A stretch of 27,791 nucleotides of DNA from Bdellovibrionia bacterium (lineage in GTDB: Bacteria > Bdellovibrionota > UBA1018): assembly GCA_045805065.1 (NCBI GenBank), contig JBJMMA010000068.1:1-27791 (forward strand), given 5' to 3'. A model generated the notes under the pieces. It worked only from the letters and a program-made list of their open reading frames with translations, had not been told where the DNA came from and ran no database searches. Each line of letters begins with the position of its first letter. The stretch's first letter is position 1. A program made the translations under genes and the position numbers. Positions 25,219-27,791 of the stretch are shown here, in pieces.

Positions 25219-26019
25219 ATGGGTTCATCATTTTTGCCGCGCCGCGCGATCATCATGGGTCGCCGCCGTTCCATTTCTTCATCCTCAGCTGACTCTCAGC
25301 AAGCCGCTCCGCAAGCTTCAAACAATGAGCCTTTGTTGATGGAAACTGAGCCAAGCTTGGCGCCAAACGTTGCGGCAGCAGCTCTTCAGACAGCCACAGC
25401 ACCAAATCCAGTCGCCGCTCCAGCAAATGATTCCCTGGAACTCATCGCAGCGGACCTTCTCTGCCCTCCAGAAGCTCCTGAAACCGGCTGCCCTCGCTGC
25501 AAGCTCTGTCAGAGCCGCAAGAACCTGGTCGTCGGCGAAGGAAGCCCAAATGCTGAGCTTGTCTTTGTCGGCGAATCCCCGGGCGAACAAGAAGATCAGC
25601 AAGGCCGCCCTTTCGTGGGCAAAGCAGGTCAGCTTCTGGATCGCATGATTCAGGCGATGGGTCTTCAACGCGAGCAAGTCTATCTCTGCAACGTGATCAA
25701 ATGTCACCCGCCCGGAAACAGAAACCCTGAGGCTGATGAGATTGCAGCCTGCTCTCCTTTCCTGGCGCGTCAGCTGGACGTCATTCGCCCGAAAGTTGTC
25801 GTAGCGCTCGGAAAGTTTGCCGCACAGACGCTACTTCAAACCGAGGCACCGATCTCCAAACTCAGAGGAAACTTCTTTCCTTATCGGAATGGCGCAAAGC
25901 TCATGGCAACTTTCCATCCGGCCTATCTGCTTCGTAATCCCGAGAGCAAACGAGAAGCCTGGGAAGACCTTCAGCAGGTTGCGGCAGAACTCGGCATCAA
26001 AATTCCAAAACGCAGCTAA
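25219..26019 (+). CDS. Uracil-DNA glycosylase, family 4 (Fe-S type). The start codon is uncertain.
   Basis: The core reads CPRCKLCQSRKNLVVGEGSPNAELVFVGESPGEQEDQQGRPFVGKAGQLLDRM...NVIKCHPPGNRNP. The first ~70 aa are low-complexity Ala/Pro/Ser with no good RBS. Alternative ATGs exist at 25252 and 25339. Confidence 0.8.
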   Translation: MGSSFLPRRAIIMGRRRSISSSSADSQQAAPQASNNEPLLMETEPSLAPNVAAAALQTATAPNPVAAPANDSLELIAADLLCPPEAPETGCPRCKLCQSRKNLVVGEGSPNAELVFVGESPGEQEDQQGRPFVGKAGQLLDRMIQAMGLQREQVYLCNVIKCHPPGNRNPEADEIAACSPFLARQLDVIRPKVVVALGKFAAQTLLQTEAPISKLRGNFFPYRNGAKLMATFHPAYLLRNPESKREAWEDLQQVAAELGIKIPKRS

Positions 26020-26136
26020 GACTCTTTGAATCCCTTCTGGGACTCCACTCTGGACTTGCTAGCTAGACACATCAAAGTTACCTTGATGGCGTAACTTCTG
26101 CTCGCCTGCTGGCGGAATCAAGAAAGGCAGACCTTT

Positions 26137-26913
26137 ATGGAAATCTTTTCCGGCGGTTTTATCTTTTTGCTCGTTCTTGTGTTCTTTGCGTTCCTCACTT
26201 GCGTGAAGGTTCTGAATGAATACGAGCGCGGAGTCGTCTTTCGCCTGGGCCGAATCATCGGAGCCAAAGGTCCGGGTCTCATCATTTTGATTCCAGTCGC
26301 CGATAAGATGGTCAGAATCGATATGCGTACCATCACGCTCGATGTCCCCCCGCAGGACGTGATCACCAAGGACAACATCACTCTTAAGGTGAACGCGGTC
26401 GTCTACTTCCGCGTACTGGATCCGAACCGCGCGGTTGTTGAAGTGGAGAACTATCTGCTTGCGACCTCAAAGCTTGCGCAAACCACCTTGCGCTCAGTTT
26501 TGGGACAGATTGATCTGGATGACCTTCTCTCCTCTCGCGAGAGCGTCAACCATCGCCTGCAAGAGATTCTCGACACTCAGACCGAGCCTTGGGGCGTAAA
26601 GGTCTCGAACGTCGAAGTGAAGCAGATCGACCTTCCGGTCGAGATGCAAAGAGCCATGGCAAGCCAGGCCGAAGCTGAGCGCGACCGTCGCGCTAAAGTG
26701 ATTGCAGCCGAAGGCGAGCTTCAGGCTTCGCAAAAACTTGCTGAAGCCGCTGCCGTCATGGAAAAGAGCCCGATTTCGCTTCAGCTTCGTTATCTGCAAA
26801 CGCTCAGAGAGATGTCGAGCGAGCACACAACGAACACGATCATTCCGCTGCCGATGGAATTGCTCCGACCTTTCCTGAGTTTAGCTGAAGGCAGACGCGA
26901 TAGCCAAAAATAG
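26137..26913 (+). CDS. SPFH/band-7 (stomatin/QmcA-like) membrane protein.
   Basis: N-terminal transmembrane segment followed by [11 protein letters not shown], a coiled-coil Ala/Glu-rich region and a C-terminal tail. 258 aa. Confidence 0.9.
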   Translation: MEIFSGGFIFLLVLVFFAFLTCVKVLNEYERGVVFRLGRIIGAKGPGLIILIPVADKMVRIDMRTITLDVPPQDVITKDNITLKVNAVVYFRVLDPNRAVVEVENYLLATSKLAQTTLRSVLGQIDLDDLLSSRESVNHRLQEILDTQTEPWGVKVSNVEVKQIDLPVEMQRAMASQAEAERDRRAKVIAAEGELQASQKLAEAAAVMEKSPISLQLRYLQTLREMSSEHTTNTIIPLPMELLRPFLSLAEGRRDSQK

Positions 26914-26916
26914 ATT

Positions 26917-26955
26917 ACAAAGCGAAGTTTCCAAGAAATTCGCTTTGTCATTTTC
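26917..26955 (+). terminator. Stem-loop downstream of the band-7 gene (10-bp stem, weak T-run).
   Basis: ACAAAGCGAA-gtttccaagaaa-TTCGCTTTGT, then CATTTTC. Confidence 0.45.
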
Positions 26956-27003
26956 AAGTCGATTGATACCTTTTGGGTACTTCAATTTTCAAAAGGAGAA
27001 CTC

Positions 27004-27540
27004 ATGAGACTTGCCAAAAGTTTTGCAGTGTCTGCAGCAGTGGCTCTGATTTTAGGAGTAGGATTCAGCTCGATCGCATCCGCTGATATGGATGTGATTG
27101 TAAAACCAGGGGAGACGAAATCTGTCTACGTCTCCAAGCCTCAAAGAGTGAACGTCGCGTGCATGCACGAAACACCACCGGAGCCTGCAACTCCGGTCGA
27201 GTTCAATATGCCTGAGGGAAAGACCAACACGTTCTGCAGCGATGCTGCTCAATTGCTGAACTATCTTGCACCTGAAGATCCTTCACAAGGAGTCAGCGGA
27301 GTTTCAGCCAGCTGTGACGCAAACACTCAACGAGTGTCAGCTAAATTCATGGGCATCCGCGTAGGCGTGGAAACCCGCCTCGTTGCGCACTTCAAGAGCG
27401 CAAACTGTACGGTTCTGAGCTGGGCCATGCATGACCTTCAGTCCCTCAAATCTCCTGATTCGATCGTTCGTATCTCGTATCAGTGCGACACCAACAATCC
27501 AGATATCTGGATCAAGGCATCCGTCTCCCGCTTTCAATAA
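27004..27540 (+). CDS. Secreted cysteine-rich hypothetical protein.
   Basis: RBS AAAGGAGA. Signal peptide MRLAKSFAVSAAVALILGVGFSSIASA. Six Cys residues. 178 aa. Confidence 0.65.
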   Translation: MRLAKSFAVSAAVALILGVGFSSIASADMDVIVKPGETKSVYVSKPQRVNVACMHETPPEPATPVEFNMPEGKTNTFCSDAAQLLNYLAPEDPSQGVSGVSASCDANTQRVSAKFMGIRVGVETRLVAHFKSANCTVLSWAMHDLQSLKSPDSIVRISYQCDTNNPDIWIKASVSRFQ

Positions 27541-27570
27541 AGCCGTAAAGATCATTTAGTCTCTAAACAG

Positions 27571-27612
27571 GCCCGATCTGAATCATACTCAGATCGGGCT
27601 TTCGCTTTTTTA
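27571..27612. terminator. Strong Rho-independent terminator, probably bidirectional for a convergent gene pair.
   Basis: GCCCGATCTGA-atcatac-TCAGATCGGGC followed by TTTCGCTTTTTTA. Confidence 0.8.
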
Positions 27613-27626
27613 CAGCTGTATACGTT

Positions 27627-27791
27627 TTAAACATCTTCAGCCTTCTCGGAACTTAATCGGAACTCAAAAAGACGAGCTTTATCAGCTCGTTGCCATCCCA
27701 CAGTCTCAGGCACGAATCTCGTAATGATCTCTGTCAAATAAGGCAGGGATTCATCGATGGGAATGTACTCAAAGCACTTCAGGCTTGGACT
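27627..27791 (-). CDS. C-terminal ~54 codons of an unidentified gene that enters from the right edge of the window.
   Basis: The reverse strand is open from the window edge to a TAA whose complement lies at 27627-27629 (...RADKARLFEFRLSSEKAEDV*). It shares the terminator at 27571-27612. Confidence 0.4.
   Translation of the reverse strand, partial: SPSLKCFEYIPIDESLPYLTEIITRFVPETVGWQRADKARLFEFRLSSEKAEDV

Noticed and set aside
25318-25707. 129-aa - ORF. Also 24984-25274 (-).
   Set aside because: The first is antisense to the UDG family-4 core, which has a diagnostic Fe-S/Cys motif. The second lies in the intergenic leader and has no RBS.

Overview
This window is a chromosomal segment with about 50% GC. 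It mixes housekeeping genes with an unusually high density of secreted and lipoprotein genes. The housekeeping genes are transketolase, PEP carboxylase (ppc), queA, a family-4 uracil-DNA glycosylase, a SPFH/band-7 protein and a partial YcbL/GloC-type MBL hydrolase. The secreted set includes a metzincin lipoprotein, a His/Gly-rich protein, a SpoIID/LytB protein, an SLT transglycosylase, a di-heme cytochrome c and a PTP-like lipoprotein. This gene content and composition are consistent with a Bdellovibrio-like deltaproteobacterium or predatory bacterium; that is an inference and cannot be confirmed without a database search. The most striking structure is a head-to-tail array of three paralogous genes on the minus strand at 16798-24704, each about 2.3-2.8 kb. 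Each encodes a large secreted protein with a lipoprotein-type signal peptide and a Pro/Ser/Thr-rich linker. Each also carries a conserved C-terminal region of roughly 600-650 aa that I cannot assign to any known family. The two upstream copies were duplicated together with about 230 bp of 5' regulatory DNA that contains TTGGACAG direct repeats. The downstream copy has additionally gained two tandem four-cysteine modules of about 60 aa. No CRISPR array, tRNA, rRNA, transposase or recognisable phage-defence genes were seen. Several Rho-independent terminators are visible, including bidirectional ones. A 12-bp direct repeat brackets a small zinc-ribbon gene.
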